Below are positions 1 to 8,713 of a DNA stretch of 64,000 nucleotides, one piece after another. Made by a program: the position numbers and the translations under genes. Each line of letters starts with the position of its first letter. Within the stretch, counting starts at the first letter, position 1. The notes under the pieces are model-generated. The model did no database searches, was not told the origin of the DNA, and saw nothing but the letters and a program-made list of their open reading frames with translations. The stretch comes from Minisyncoccia bacterium (GTDB lineage: Bacteria; Patescibacteriota; Minisyncoccia; Phycocordibacterales; CAIZLB01): contig JBGSHK010000008.1 of the NCBI GenBank assembly GCA_041752275.1, positions 70,543 to 134,542 of the forward strand, written 5' to 3'.

Positions 1-156
1 GGAAAAAATGGGTATAAATTCATACGAAAAAAAAGATGTTAAGTATATTCGTAATATTTTAGATCAATTAAATATAAAACTAGAAAGACAAGGAATAAAG
101 GATCTTTTTATAAGATCAGGTGAATCTGTTCAGATAAATAAAAAGTCTCTGTAATG

Positions 157-188
157 ACTTAAGTCGACTTAAGTAATTCTAAGTCGCT
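157..188. repeat. Three tandem copies of a 9-11 bp motif CTTAAGTCG/CTTAAGTAA/TCTAAGTCGC, containing GTCGAC and CTTAAG palindromes.
   Basis: Read directly from the sequence at 157-188. Confidence 0.5.
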
Positions 189-222
189 CAAATGATACAT
201 TCATAATGCCCGCAGGGTATTT

Positions 223-450
223 ATGAATAGTTCACAAACAAATTCAAAACAAAAAATATTGACTGATAAACTCGGTCTTGTTTTAAGTGATGATGAAATA
301 ATTGAACTATCTAAAAAACTATCCAGGCTAGCAACATTAATAAATAAACATCAAATTAGAATCAAAACCAATCTCGAGAGAGATCTTTGTCAACCCTGGG
401 ATGAATCCCGCGAGGGGGTTGTAAAACAAACAGCTCGTGGGCGAAAGTAG
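223..450 (+). CDS. Hypothetical small protein (element-borne).
   Basis: 75-aa ORF with no recognisable motif. Confidence 0.3.
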   Translation: MNSSQTNSKQKILTDKLGLVLSDDEIIELSKKLSRLATLINKHQIRIKTNLERDLCQPWDESREGVVKQTARGRK

Positions 451-703
451 GCCTCTGGTGTACGGGAAGAATGCAGGAGCTTGCCACCTAGGTCGTCATA
501 TACCAAATAATTTCTGAAATTTACTTTTTGACGACATGTGTACCACAGTCTTTTTCAAGAGACGGTGAAATAAGTAAATGAATTAATAAAGTTTTAATTT
601 TCCTTCAAGTATTCTCTTGGGGGTAGGGGGGGGATTCTCAGTCTCCTTGGTCCCAGGAAGAATGTGTAAGTGAGAAAAAAATAATTATATATAATCTAAA
701 ACT

Positions 704-1087
704 ATGAAGAATACAAAAATATTTAAATTATTTCAACAAAACAGAATGATTTATGCGGGTAGGTTATTCGCAAGATTGCAGGAGATGAGGTGTTTAAAGT
801 GTGATAATGGTAATTTAATAGATAATTTAATGAAAAAGAGGGTTGAATGTAATCAATCATGTTGCAATTTCAGTATTCCAAATAAAGAGATTAGTGAATC
901 AATGGCAAATCTTAAAAATATATCAGAACACCTTATAGGGAAGAATTCTTTTAGGGGACGGAAAAAGAAACGCGATAAAAAAATAAAGTATGTGTTAAAA
1001 CAATATGTAAATAGGGTTATTCAAAGGGATGTAGAAAAACAAAACAAAACAAGATTAAACTCTAACCCAATGCAACAAAATGGATAA
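704..1087 (+). CDS. Hypothetical Lys- and Cys-rich protein (element-borne).
   Basis: 127-aa ORF with a CLKCDNG...CNQSCC cysteine pattern and a basic C-terminus. Confidence 0.3.
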   Translation: MKNTKIFKLFQQNRMIYAGRLFARLQEMRCLKCDNGNLIDNLMKKRVECNQSCCNFSIPNKEISESMANLKNISEHLIGKNSFRGRKKKRDKKIKYVLKQYVNRVIQRDVEKQNKTRLNSNPMQQNG

Positions 1088-1101
1088 TTTTATAAAAATA
1101 T

Positions 1102-1141
1102 AAATGTCGCCAAATGTCGCGATTTTAAAAAAACAAATGTC
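1102..1141. promoter_or_regulatory. Direct repeats AAATGTCGC x2 plus AAATGTC, spanning the start codon of the HTH gene.
   Basis: Copies at 1102-1110, 1112-1120 and 1135-1141. Candidate operator or recombinase-accessory site. Confidence 0.35.
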
Positions 1142-1682
1142 TAAAAAAACAACAAAAAACAAAGATGAACACAGAATAGAAATGAGACAAAAGCAGGTAT
1201 TCATACTGCATCTCCAAGGTGTATCTATACCTATGATAGCTGAGGCTCTTAAGGTAAATACAAGGACTATAGACAGGGACCTGAGTGCATTCAGGGAGAA
1301 TAAGGTTAAATGGTTAAATGAGCAGATAAAAAAGTTCAACGTAGAGGAATATTGGGTTAAGAGAATAGAGGTAATGGAGAATATTATAAAGACTAACTGG
1401 TCACACTTAGCAGAGTCAGATGCACGAGACCGGGTGAGACTGTCGGCTGAGATAAGAGAATGTTACAAAGAGATGGATTTATTACTCCGATCAGCAGGTG
1501 TAAAGACAACACTAGTAGATCCAAACGACATAGCACAAGACACTATCAAAATAATATATCAAGGAACAGAATCACCCGTACAAACTAGAAACAGAATATT
1601 ATTAGCCAAAAGAGAGGAAAGAAGAAAAAGAGAACAAAGGGAAAAGTCGCTCCGGGACGAAAATGAAGAAGAAGATTACTAG
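1104..1682 (+). CDS. HTH-domain protein (putative regulator or recombination directionality factor). Acidic/basic coiled C-terminus.
   Basis: Helix-turn-helix-like segment GVSIPMIAEALKVNTRTIDRDL. Sits immediately upstream of the recombinase. Confidence 0.4.
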   Translation: MSPNVAILKKQMSKKTTKNKDEHRIEMRQKQVFILHLQGVSIPMIAEALKVNTRTIDRDLSAFRENKVKWLNEQIKKFNVEEYWVKRIEVMENIIKTNWSHLAESDARDRVRLSAEIRECYKEMDLLLRSAGVKTTLVDPNDIAQDTIKIIYQGTESPVQTRNRILLAKREERRKREQREKSLRDENEEEDY

Positions 1683-1738
1683 ACTTAACCTCCATAAAAT
1701 AATAGTGTGTTAACTAATCAAAAAGTAACAACAAACAT

Positions 1739-3460
1739 ATGCAACAAGACATAATCAAATCAACAAAATTTATAATTTATTCACGTAAATCATCAGAGGA
1801 CTCATCTGATAAACAAGCACTGTCGATTCAGTCTCAAATCAATGAAAATAACAGACTTATTAAAAGGTATAATATCCCACAATCAAGTGTTGAATACATG
1901 CAAGAATCTAAGTCTGCTAAAAAGTCAGGTACAAGACCTATATTCAATAGTTTGGTCCAGAAAATAGAGAGTGGAAAGATCGACGGAATAATAGTCTGGC
2001 ATCCTGATAGACTATCAAGAAACGCAGGTGATGTTGGCAGGCTAATAGACCTCATGGATGACGGTAAACTAAAGTGCATAGTCACACATCAACAAACATA
2101 CTTAAACAGACCATCTGACAAAGCATTCTTTGGAATGATATGCACCCAAGCAAAGATGGAAAACGATAACAAAAGTGAAAATGTAAAAAGGGGATACAAA
2201 AGAAAATGCGAACTAGGATATTTGCCTACATCAGCCAAGGTTGGATACAAAAATGACTTCGGTGAAAAGGGCTATTGTAAAATGCTCGATGACCCCGAGA
2301 GATTGCCTCTTGTTCAAAAAGCCTTGAAGATGTTTCTAACAGGAAACTATTCTATAAACAGCATGTATGAAGTATGTAGGGATCAGTTAAAGATAGTAAC
2401 AGTTCAGAAAAGAAGATTGGGAGGTAGACCACTATCAAGATCGGCGGTCCATAACATGTTAAGGGATTCATTCTATGCGGGATTTTTCTATCACAAAGAC
2501 GAGTTCGGAGAAAGTATCAGATATGAGACAAACAAATCCCTGACCAGAATAATCACTGAAGCTGAACATTACAAGATACAAGCATTACTTGGAAACAGGG
2601 GTAAGCCAAAACCAAAGACATATGTAAAACAATTTCCATACAAGAGGTTTAGTAAAACACCTGACAACATACCTTTCACCGCAGAACCAAAGTTTCAAGT
2701 TATATGTCCAACATGTAAATACAAATTTGCATATCAAAACAAAACTCATTGTCCAAAATGTAATCTGAAAGTATTGGAGATGATAAATGCAAAGTATCTA
2801 GACTATGTGTACTATCACCCAATAAAAAGAGATACAGGCGGTCCAAAGAATGTCTGTATCACAGAAAAAGAGATCACCGAGCAAGTTCTGAAGCATTTTG
2901 ACAGTAGCTGGATAGCACACCCAGTTTTCACAGAATGGATCGTAGAAAAACTTAAAGAATCAGAGTCAGAAGAAAAACAACTACAAACAACCATCAAAGA
3001 TACAGTAAACAACCAAGTTGAAGACCTTAAGCTCAAACTAGACAAATTGACCGACATGAAGCTCCGAGACATGATAGATGATGACGAATTCTTGGCAAAA
3101 AAAGACGCTTTAAAGGCACAAATAAAGTCAGTCGAGCAAAGTAACGAGTATGGAGAAAAAACGCAATCTGAAGCCAAAATTGACCTCTACAGAGCCTTCT
3201 CGGTAACCCAGGACATAGAGAGTATATTGAAGAAAGGAGACTATGACGAGGTGGTGGAGCTACTCTCAATATTTGGTTCGAACCTAAAGATAAATGGAAA
3301 AGTAGTCAATGTTTACAACGATATTTTGATACAGAAAATCGAAAAGGCATTCTCTGAAATTAAACAGAAGAATGCCTTGTTCGAACCTAAAAATCTTCAG
3401 GATTTATCGGACTCAAATCCAGTTTTCGTGGATGTCCGTCCTGACTTGCTCCTCCGGTAG
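1739..3460 (+). CDS. Large serine recombinase (resolvase/invertase-type N-domain, recombinase domain, zinc ribbon, coiled coil).
   Basis: N-terminal YSRKSSEDSSDKQALSIQSQ and GIIVWHPDRLSR motifs. Cys4 ribbon CPTCKYKF...HCPKCN. C-terminal coiled-coil region. The last 12 nt including the stop lie within the tRNA-Asn 3' end. Confidence 0.85.
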   Translation: MQQDIIKSTKFIIYSRKSSEDSSDKQALSIQSQINENNRLIKRYNIPQSSVEYMQESKSAKKSGTRPIFNSLVQKIESGKIDGIIVWHPDRLSRNAGDVGRLIDLMDDGKLKCIVTHQQTYLNRPSDKAFFGMICTQAKMENDNKSENVKRGYKRKCELGYLPTSAKVGYKNDFGEKGYCKMLDDPERLPLVQKALKMFLTGNYSINSMYEVCRDQLKIVTVQKRRLGGRPLSRSAVHNMLRDSFYAGFFYHKDEFGESIRYETNKSLTRIITEAEHYKIQALLGNRGKPKPKTYVKQFPYKRFSKTPDNIPFTAEPKFQVICPTCKYKFAYQNKTHCPKCNLKVLEMINAKYLDYVYYHPIKRDTGGPKNVCITEKEITEQVLKHFDSSWIAHPVFTEWIVEKLKESESEEKQLQTTIKDTVNNQVEDLKLKLDKLTDMKLRDMIDDDEFLAKKDALKAQIKSVEQSNEYGEKTQSEAKIDLYRAFSVTQDIESILKKGDYDEVVELLSIFGSNLKINGKVVNVYNDILIQKIEKAFSEIKQKNALFEPKNLQDLSDSNPVFVDVRPDLLLR

Positions 3461-3520
3461 GGATCGAACCTACGACCAATCGCTTAACAGGCGACTGCTC
3501 TACCGCTGAGCTACAGAGGA
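3449..3520 (-). tRNA. tRNA-Asn (anticodon GTT). CCA is not encoded.
   Basis: Reverse complement reads TCCTCTG-TA-GCTC-AGCGGTA-GAGC-A-GTCGC-CTGTTAA-GCGAT-TGGTC-GTAGG-TTCGATC-CCTAC-CGGAGGA-G. Gives a 7-bp acceptor stem, D-, anticodon- and T-arms, and a GTT anticodon. Confidence 0.85.
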
Positions 3521-3635
3521 ATGAATTAGGATGGGCTGAAGTCTTTTCGATTAAATATACCCAGGGGGCATAATAAATGAAACAACCTCAACCCAACCTG
3601 TTGAAATATTATCAAAAAAACAGAGATAACGCAAT

Positions 3636-3995
3636 CTATACAATTTCCTTATCAACATGTCTTCCATAATCATCTTCAAGTCTGACTATATCATTTTCAT
3701 CAAATTCACCAAAGGCTATTTCCAAGACTTTCCCGGGTATATTTTTACCAATCAGTCTATGTGTCATGTTTTTTTCAATAATATACTCATCTCCGATTTT
3801 GACATCAATTTTTTTACCATCTATTTCAAAAATAGCTTCACCTTCAATTAATTTCCAAAATTCTTGTCTATTGTTGTGATACTGTAAACTTAATCTTTGA
3901 TTAGGTTTTATTGTTAATATTTTTACTGTACTTATTTCATTCTGTGTAAATATTTCTTCTGATCCCCAAGGTCTTTCATCGTATTTTATATTCAT
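3636..3995 (-). CDS. Cupin-type mannose-6-phosphate isomerase (stand-alone type II PMI cupin domain).
   Basis: RPWGSEEIF...LQYHNNRQEFWKLIEGEA matches the ManC/PMI cupin core. Confidence 0.6.
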   Translation of the reverse strand: MNIKYDERPWGSEEIFTQNEISTVKILTIKPNQRLSLQYHNNRQEFWKLIEGEAIFEIDGKKIDVKIGDEYIIEKNMTHRLIGKNIPGKVLEIAFGEFDENDIVRLEDDYGRHVDKEIV

Positions 3996-4014
3996 AGCTA
4001 TATTCTATCTTATT

Positions 4015-4770
4015 TTATTTAATATTAATAATATTTTTTATTATTTCTTTTGTTTCATTATGATCTTTGACTTTAATATAAGGTATTTCTGTTCTAACTA
4101 TGGAATAATCATTACCTCCTTCAAATATTGCATCACCGATAAACAATAGCTCTTCTTTTTTAAAATTGAGTAATTCTTCAATCTTGTTTATAGCATAACC
4201 TTTATCTATAGATTTTTTATTTATATCTATAGATGTTGATCCACCTATTTTAACTTCAAATTCTGGTAAATATTTATCTAAACATGCTTTTATCATCTTT
4301 CTTTTTTCCATGTTTTTATCCCATTCTTTTTTTAAATCTATAGGGGCTTGTTGTCCTAAAGCTGAAAAAGTAAACTGAGTATTTCTATCTTCGAGTCTTT
4401 CTCCATATATATCTTTTGGTAAAAAATCTATTTCAGCATACATTTTATCAAAACTATCTTTAATCTTTGTTTTTTCCTCTTCGTTAAAAGGATTTTCATA
4501 TACCTTACTCCACTTTTCATCAAAAGAATACATCATAGCCCCCGAAGTAGGAAATATATATAAGTTTTTAAATATTTTTTGATCACAATCTAACTTGTCT
4601 ACAACTTGTTTTTTTAACTGTTCAAAACCACCACCGCTTATAATGGCTACTTTTTTAATTTTTAATAATTCAATAAAAAGTAAAGACATGGCCATGTCAA
4701 TTTCCTGCTTGCTTTCAGTTAATGTGTCGTCCAAATCAAATACCACTACCTTAGTTTGAGTGAAATTCAT
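4015..4770 (-). CDS. HAD-superfamily phosphomannomutase (eukaryotic PMM/Sec53-like).
   Basis: N-terminal VVVFDLDDTLT phospho-Asp motif. C-terminal FIGDAIFEGGNDYSI resembles the PMM GDKT..GGNDYEI motif. Confidence 0.6.
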   Translation of the reverse strand: MNFTQTKVVVFDLDDTLTESKQEIDMAMSLLFIELLKIKKVAIISGGGFEQLKKQVVDKLDCDQKIFKNLYIFPTSGAMMYSFDEKWSKVYENPFNEEEKTKIKDSFDKMYAEIDFLPKDIYGERLEDRNTQFTFSALGQQAPIDLKKEWDKNMEKRKMIKACLDKYLPEFEVKIGGSTSIDINKKSIDKGYAINKIEELLNFKKEELLFIGDAIFEGGNDYSIVRTEIPYIKVKDHNETKEIIKNIINIK

Positions 4771-4843
4771 ATTTTGTAATTATAACTTTTTATTGATTAG
4801 TTGTAAACTTTGATTGTTTGTCGTATGATATTATCATAGTAAT

Positions 4844-6745
4844 ATGTTTATGTTTTTAAATACTAATAAAAAAAAATTTAAAATCAACAAAAAAATAGAC
4901 ACCACCCTACCTATAGGTTTTTTAAAGAAAGATAATGACTACTCAATATTTTGCAAATCATCCAATACGCCAGAGAATATATTTATTATAAAAAATAAAA
5001 AAGGGAATATAAATGAATTCTCAATAAATAAAGAAAAATTAAATATAAAAAATAAGCTTTTTAGGAGTAAATTAGATATAGATAAAATTGATAATGTTAT
5101 TTATTCTATAAATAAAAAAAAAGAAATCATAAACTTTATATATAAAGAAGATAAAAAGCAAAAACTTTATTTAGCAATCAAGAAAAATAAAAACGATTGG
5201 ATAATTCAAAATCAAGTTTTAGATATACAAGAGAGGGGTGGTTTAGTGTCTGACTATATCAACAATAAAAAATATTATATGTATTTTGGTGAATCAAATA
5301 TAAGTACAGCCAATACCTTAAATCTAAGTAAGTGGAATATTAGTCAAGATCCTGTTCTTAAGCCTAGACCAGGTTTTTTTGATAAAAGCAATTTAAAATT
5401 TCTAGCAACTAAAGTTATCGACAGAGGAATATTGGTTTTTTATGACGCTTCATATAAAGATAAAATAAGTAAAAAATTGAAAATACAAATAGGTTTAGCG
5501 ATGTTTTCTTTAAGTGATCCCAATAAAATAATCTGGAGATCTGATGATGCAATTTTTGAAAATGAAATATCATATGAAAAAGATTTTGAAGTAAAGGGTA
5601 TTATATTTGATCAAGATAATTTTACTATTTATTGGTATTCAAAAAAAACTGGTATATTGAGTGTTACTTTAAATTTACCTTTTAACAATAGTTTGAAGTT
5701 AGAATCATTTAAGAATCTAGAAAAGCATGATAATAATCCAATTATTTCACCGAATGATAACCATTCATTATCAACACAAAAGTGGCTATTAAATGGTACT
5801 TTTAATCCAACAGCTATTAATATTGATGAAAAAATTCATTTATTATTTCGTGCTGTTGGAGAAGATGGTATATCAAGAATTGGTTATTCTGAAAGTGTAG
5901 ATGGAGTTAATTTTGCAAACATTCATCCAAAACCTGTTTTTTCTTTAAAAAAATCTCACTTTGGAAATGGTCATATTAAAAATAAATATGACCCTGTGCT
6001 ATACGAATCTGGTGGTAGTTGGGGAGGTTGTGAAGATCCTAGACTTACAAAGATAGGTGACACTATATATATGATATTTAATGCTTTTGACGGTTGGGAT
6101 TTTATAAGGGTTGCATATACTTCCATAAAAGAGAAAGATTTTATAGATAAAAGATGGAATTGGGATAGACCTAGGCTAATTTCACCTCAAGGTGAGATAA
6201 ATAAAAATTGGGTTATATTCCCAGAAAAAATTAATGGGAAATTTGCAGTTTTACATAGCCTTACACCTAATATACAAATAGATTATTTAAAAAACTTAGA
6301 AGATCTAGAAATAGGTAAATCAAAAATAAAAAGTAAATATGAAAGAAAATTTAAATCAAAATCGTGGGATACTTGGGTACGTGGAGTAGGGCCAGCTCCA
6401 TTAAAAACACCTGAAGGTTGGTTAGTTTTTTATCATGCTGTCACAGCTGATGAAACCCATAAGTATAAACTTGGTGTTTTACTTTTAGATTTAAATGATC
6501 CTACAAAAATAATTTCAAGGGCAACTGCACCTATATTGACTCCTGACATGTGGTATGAAAATGATTCAAAGCCGGGTATAGTATATGCTTGCGGGGCCAT
6601 CATAAAAAAAGATATGTTATATATTTATTATGGCGGTGGTGATAAACATGTTTGTGTTGCCACCTCATCATTAAAAGAATTTATAGACAATTTAAAAAAT
6701 AGTAAAAATCAAACACCATCAATAAAAAAAGTGATATTGTCCTAA
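4844..6745 (+). CDS. GH130-family beta-mannoside phosphorylase/glycosidase-like protein. Degenerate N-terminal GH130-like half plus a complete C-terminal GH130 domain.
   Basis: GGCEDPRLTKIGDTIYMIFNAFDG catalytic-region motif. C-terminal block (LVFYHA...LLLDLNDPTKII) repeated in weaker form near the N-terminus (ILVFYDA...FSLSDPNKII). Confidence 0.6.
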   Translation: MFMFLNTNKKKFKINKKIDTTLPIGFLKKDNDYSIFCKSSNTPENIFIIKNKKGNINEFSINKEKLNIKNKLFRSKLDIDKIDNVIYSINKKKEIINFIYKEDKKQKLYLAIKKNKNDWIIQNQVLDIQERGGLVSDYINNKKYYMYFGESNISTANTLNLSKWNISQDPVLKPRPGFFDKSNLKFLATKVIDRGILVFYDASYKDKISKKLKIQIGLAMFSLSDPNKIIWRSDDAIFENEISYEKDFEVKGIIFDQDNFTIYWYSKKTGILSVTLNLPFNNSLKLESFKNLEKHDNNPIISPNDNHSLSTQKWLLNGTFNPTAINIDEKIHLLFRAVGEDGISRIGYSESVDGVNFANIHPKPVFSLKKSHFGNGHIKNKYDPVLYESGGSWGGCEDPRLTKIGDTIYMIFNAFDGWDFIRVAYTSIKEKDFIDKRWNWDRPRLISPQGEINKNWVIFPEKINGKFAVLHSLTPNIQIDYLKNLEDLEIGKSKIKSKYERKFKSKSWDTWVRGVGPAPLKTPEGWLVFYHAVTADETHKYKLGVLLLDLNDPTKIISRATAPILTPDMWYENDSKPGIVYACGAIIKKDMLYIYYGGGDKHVCVATSSLKEFIDNLKNSKNQTPSIKKVILS

Positions 6746-6762
6746 TTTATTAAAATAAAAAA

Positions 6763-8676
6763 ATGTTTACAGTTAAAAAATCTTTACATAATCCATTATT
6801 ATCACCAAACACAAATGATCCATGGGAGGCAAAGGCTGTTTTTAATTGGTGTCCTGTTAAAGATGGTTTAATAACTCATTATGTCTATAGAGCTATGTCT
6901 TCTCATGAATCATATTTTAATAATACAATAAGTATTTCATCGATCGGGTACACATCAAGTGTAAACGATATTGATTTTTCAGAAACAAAACAGCTTATTG
7001 CCCCAGAATATGATTGGGAAAAATTTGGTTGTGAAGATCCGAGAGTTACAAAAATTGATGATAAATTTTATATTTTTTATACAGCATTATCAAATTACCC
7101 ATTTGATTCCAATAGTATAAAGATTGCCGTGGCTGTAACCAAAGATTTTAAAACTATTGAGGAAAAACATTTGGTCACACCGTTTAATGCTAAAGCTATG
7201 GCATTATTCCCAGAAAAAATAAATGGTAAATATGTTGTTGTGTTATCAGTTAATACTGATATGCCACCAGCTAAGATTTGTTTTGCTGAATTTGATAACA
7301 TAGAAGATATTTGGAATCAAAAATATTGGCAAAAATGGTACAAAGAATTGGATAAACATAGTATAAACATAAGTCGTTCCGACAAAGATCATGTTGAGGT
7401 TGGGGCTGTGCCTTTAAAAACAGATAAAGGTTGGCTACTTGTTTATAGTCATATTGAAAATTATTTTAGAGACAATAATCCATATCCCCGAGTTTTTGGT
7501 ATTGAAGCCTTACTGCTAGATTTAAATGATCCAAAAAAAATAATAGGCATAACGAATTGGCCCATTATTGTACCAAATGAAGTTTATGAAAAAAACGGAC
7601 AATTTCCAGATATAGTTTTTCCTTCAGGTGCATCTATTGATAAAGAAAATTTAAATATTTACTACGGTGCAAGTGATACATTTTGTTGTAAGGCTACTAC
7701 AAATTTACAAAATCTTTTGAACAGTATGTCAGAAAAATCTATGACAGAATATGTTTTGAGATATAAAGACAATCCTATACTTAAACCGAGACCAAATATT
7801 GCTTGGGAGGCACATGGTGTATTTAATCCAGCCGTTCTTCAGGTTGGAAATAAAATAAGCATACTTTACAGAGCGATGTCGGATGACGACACCTCATATG
7901 TTGGATTTGCATCTACTACAGATGGATACAATATTATAAAAAGAGAAGATCAACCAATATATATACCAAGAGAGTCATTTGAAAATAAACGTCGACCTGG
8001 AAACTCAGGTTGTGAAGATCCACGTTTAACCCTTATCGATAAAAAAGTTTATATGTGTTATACCGCATACGATGGAGAAAACCCACCTAGAGTAGCTCTC
8101 ACATTTATAACTTTAAAAGATTTTGAAAAAAATAATTGGAATTGGAGTAAACCTATATTGGTTTCACCTGAAAATAAAGATGATAAAGACGCCTGTGTTT
8201 TTCCTGAAAAAATTAATGGAAAATATTTGATATTACATAGAATAAACGGAGATATTTGTGCTGATTTTGTAAAGTCATTAGATTTTCCTGATGGTCCATT
8301 AAAAACATCTACACCTATAATGTTACCAAGAAAGGGTATGTGGGATGCTGAAAAAATTGGTATTTCATCTCCGCCTATAAAAACAAAAAAAGGCTGGCTA
8401 TTGCTTTATCATGGTGTGTCATCTCAAAATCATATTTATAGAGTTGGCGTAGCTCTACTCGATTTAAAAAATCCATTGAAAGTTTTATCAAGAACAAGCG
8501 CACCAATATTTGAACCTGAAACATACTATGAAAAGGTTGGAATAATACCAAATGTAGTTTTTCCTTGCGGTGCTTGTATTAGAGATGAAAAAATATTTAT
8601 TTATTATGGCGGTGCTGACGATGTGGTTGGTGTGGCTACTGTTTCAGTTGAAAAAGTTTTACAGTCTTTATTATAA
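6763..8676 (+). CDS. Tandem double GH130-family glycoside phosphorylase-like protein.
   Basis: Two complete repeats, each with GCEDPR(V/L)T...Y..YTA and (L)LLDL(N/K)(D/N)P.K motifs. Confidence 0.65.
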   Translation: MFTVKKSLHNPLLSPNTNDPWEAKAVFNWCPVKDGLITHYVYRAMSSHESYFNNTISISSIGYTSSVNDIDFSETKQLIAPEYDWEKFGCEDPRVTKIDDKFYIFYTALSNYPFDSNSIKIAVAVTKDFKTIEEKHLVTPFNAKAMALFPEKINGKYVVVLSVNTDMPPAKICFAEFDNIEDIWNQKYWQKWYKELDKHSINISRSDKDHVEVGAVPLKTDKGWLLVYSHIENYFRDNNPYPRVFGIEALLLDLNDPKKIIGITNWPIIVPNEVYEKNGQFPDIVFPSGASIDKENLNIYYGASDTFCCKATTNLQNLLNSMSEKSMTEYVLRYKDNPILKPRPNIAWEAHGVFNPAVLQVGNKISILYRAMSDDDTSYVGFASTTDGYNIIKREDQPIYIPRESFENKRRPGNSGCEDPRLTLIDKKVYMCYTAYDGENPPRVALTFITLKDFEKNNWNWSKPILVSPENKDDKDACVFPEKINGKYLILHRINGDICADFVKSLDFPDGPLKTSTPIMLPRKGMWDAEKIGISSPPIKTKKGWLLLYHGVSSQNHIYRVGVALLDLKNPLKVLSRTSAPIFEPETYYEKVGIIPNVVFPCGACIRDEKIFIYYGGADDVVGVATVSVEKVLQSLL

Positions 8677-8713
8677 TTTTTAATGACAAAATCTTAAAAA
8701 TAGTGTATGGTAT

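Larger units (their letters stand above)
1..3460 (+). mobile_element. Partial integrative element (phage or integrative island). Right end abuts tRNA-Asn; left boundary lies outside the window.
   Basis: Large serine recombinase gene at the right edge overlaps the tRNA 3' end. Upstream small ORFs including an HTH protein. Direct-repeat arrays at 157-188 and 1102-1141. Confidence 0.5.

Noticed and set aside
352-450. Possible second att copy or tRNA fragment (ccctgggatgaatcccgcgagggggttg) inside the element
   Set aside because: It does not match the tRNA-Asn 3' segment and cannot be folded into a T-arm plus acceptor. It lies inside the 75-aa ORF.
1055-2085. Antisense ORFs 1055-1339 (-) and 1834-2085 (-), plus many others listed in the track opposite long genes (for example 13757-14152, 16653-17170, 20928-21478, 45062-46399, 50650-51045, 55546-55863)
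   Set aside because: Each is fully embedded antisense to a well-supported gene, has low-complexity Ser/Leu/Phe-rich translations, and has no motifs. These are shadow ORFs.
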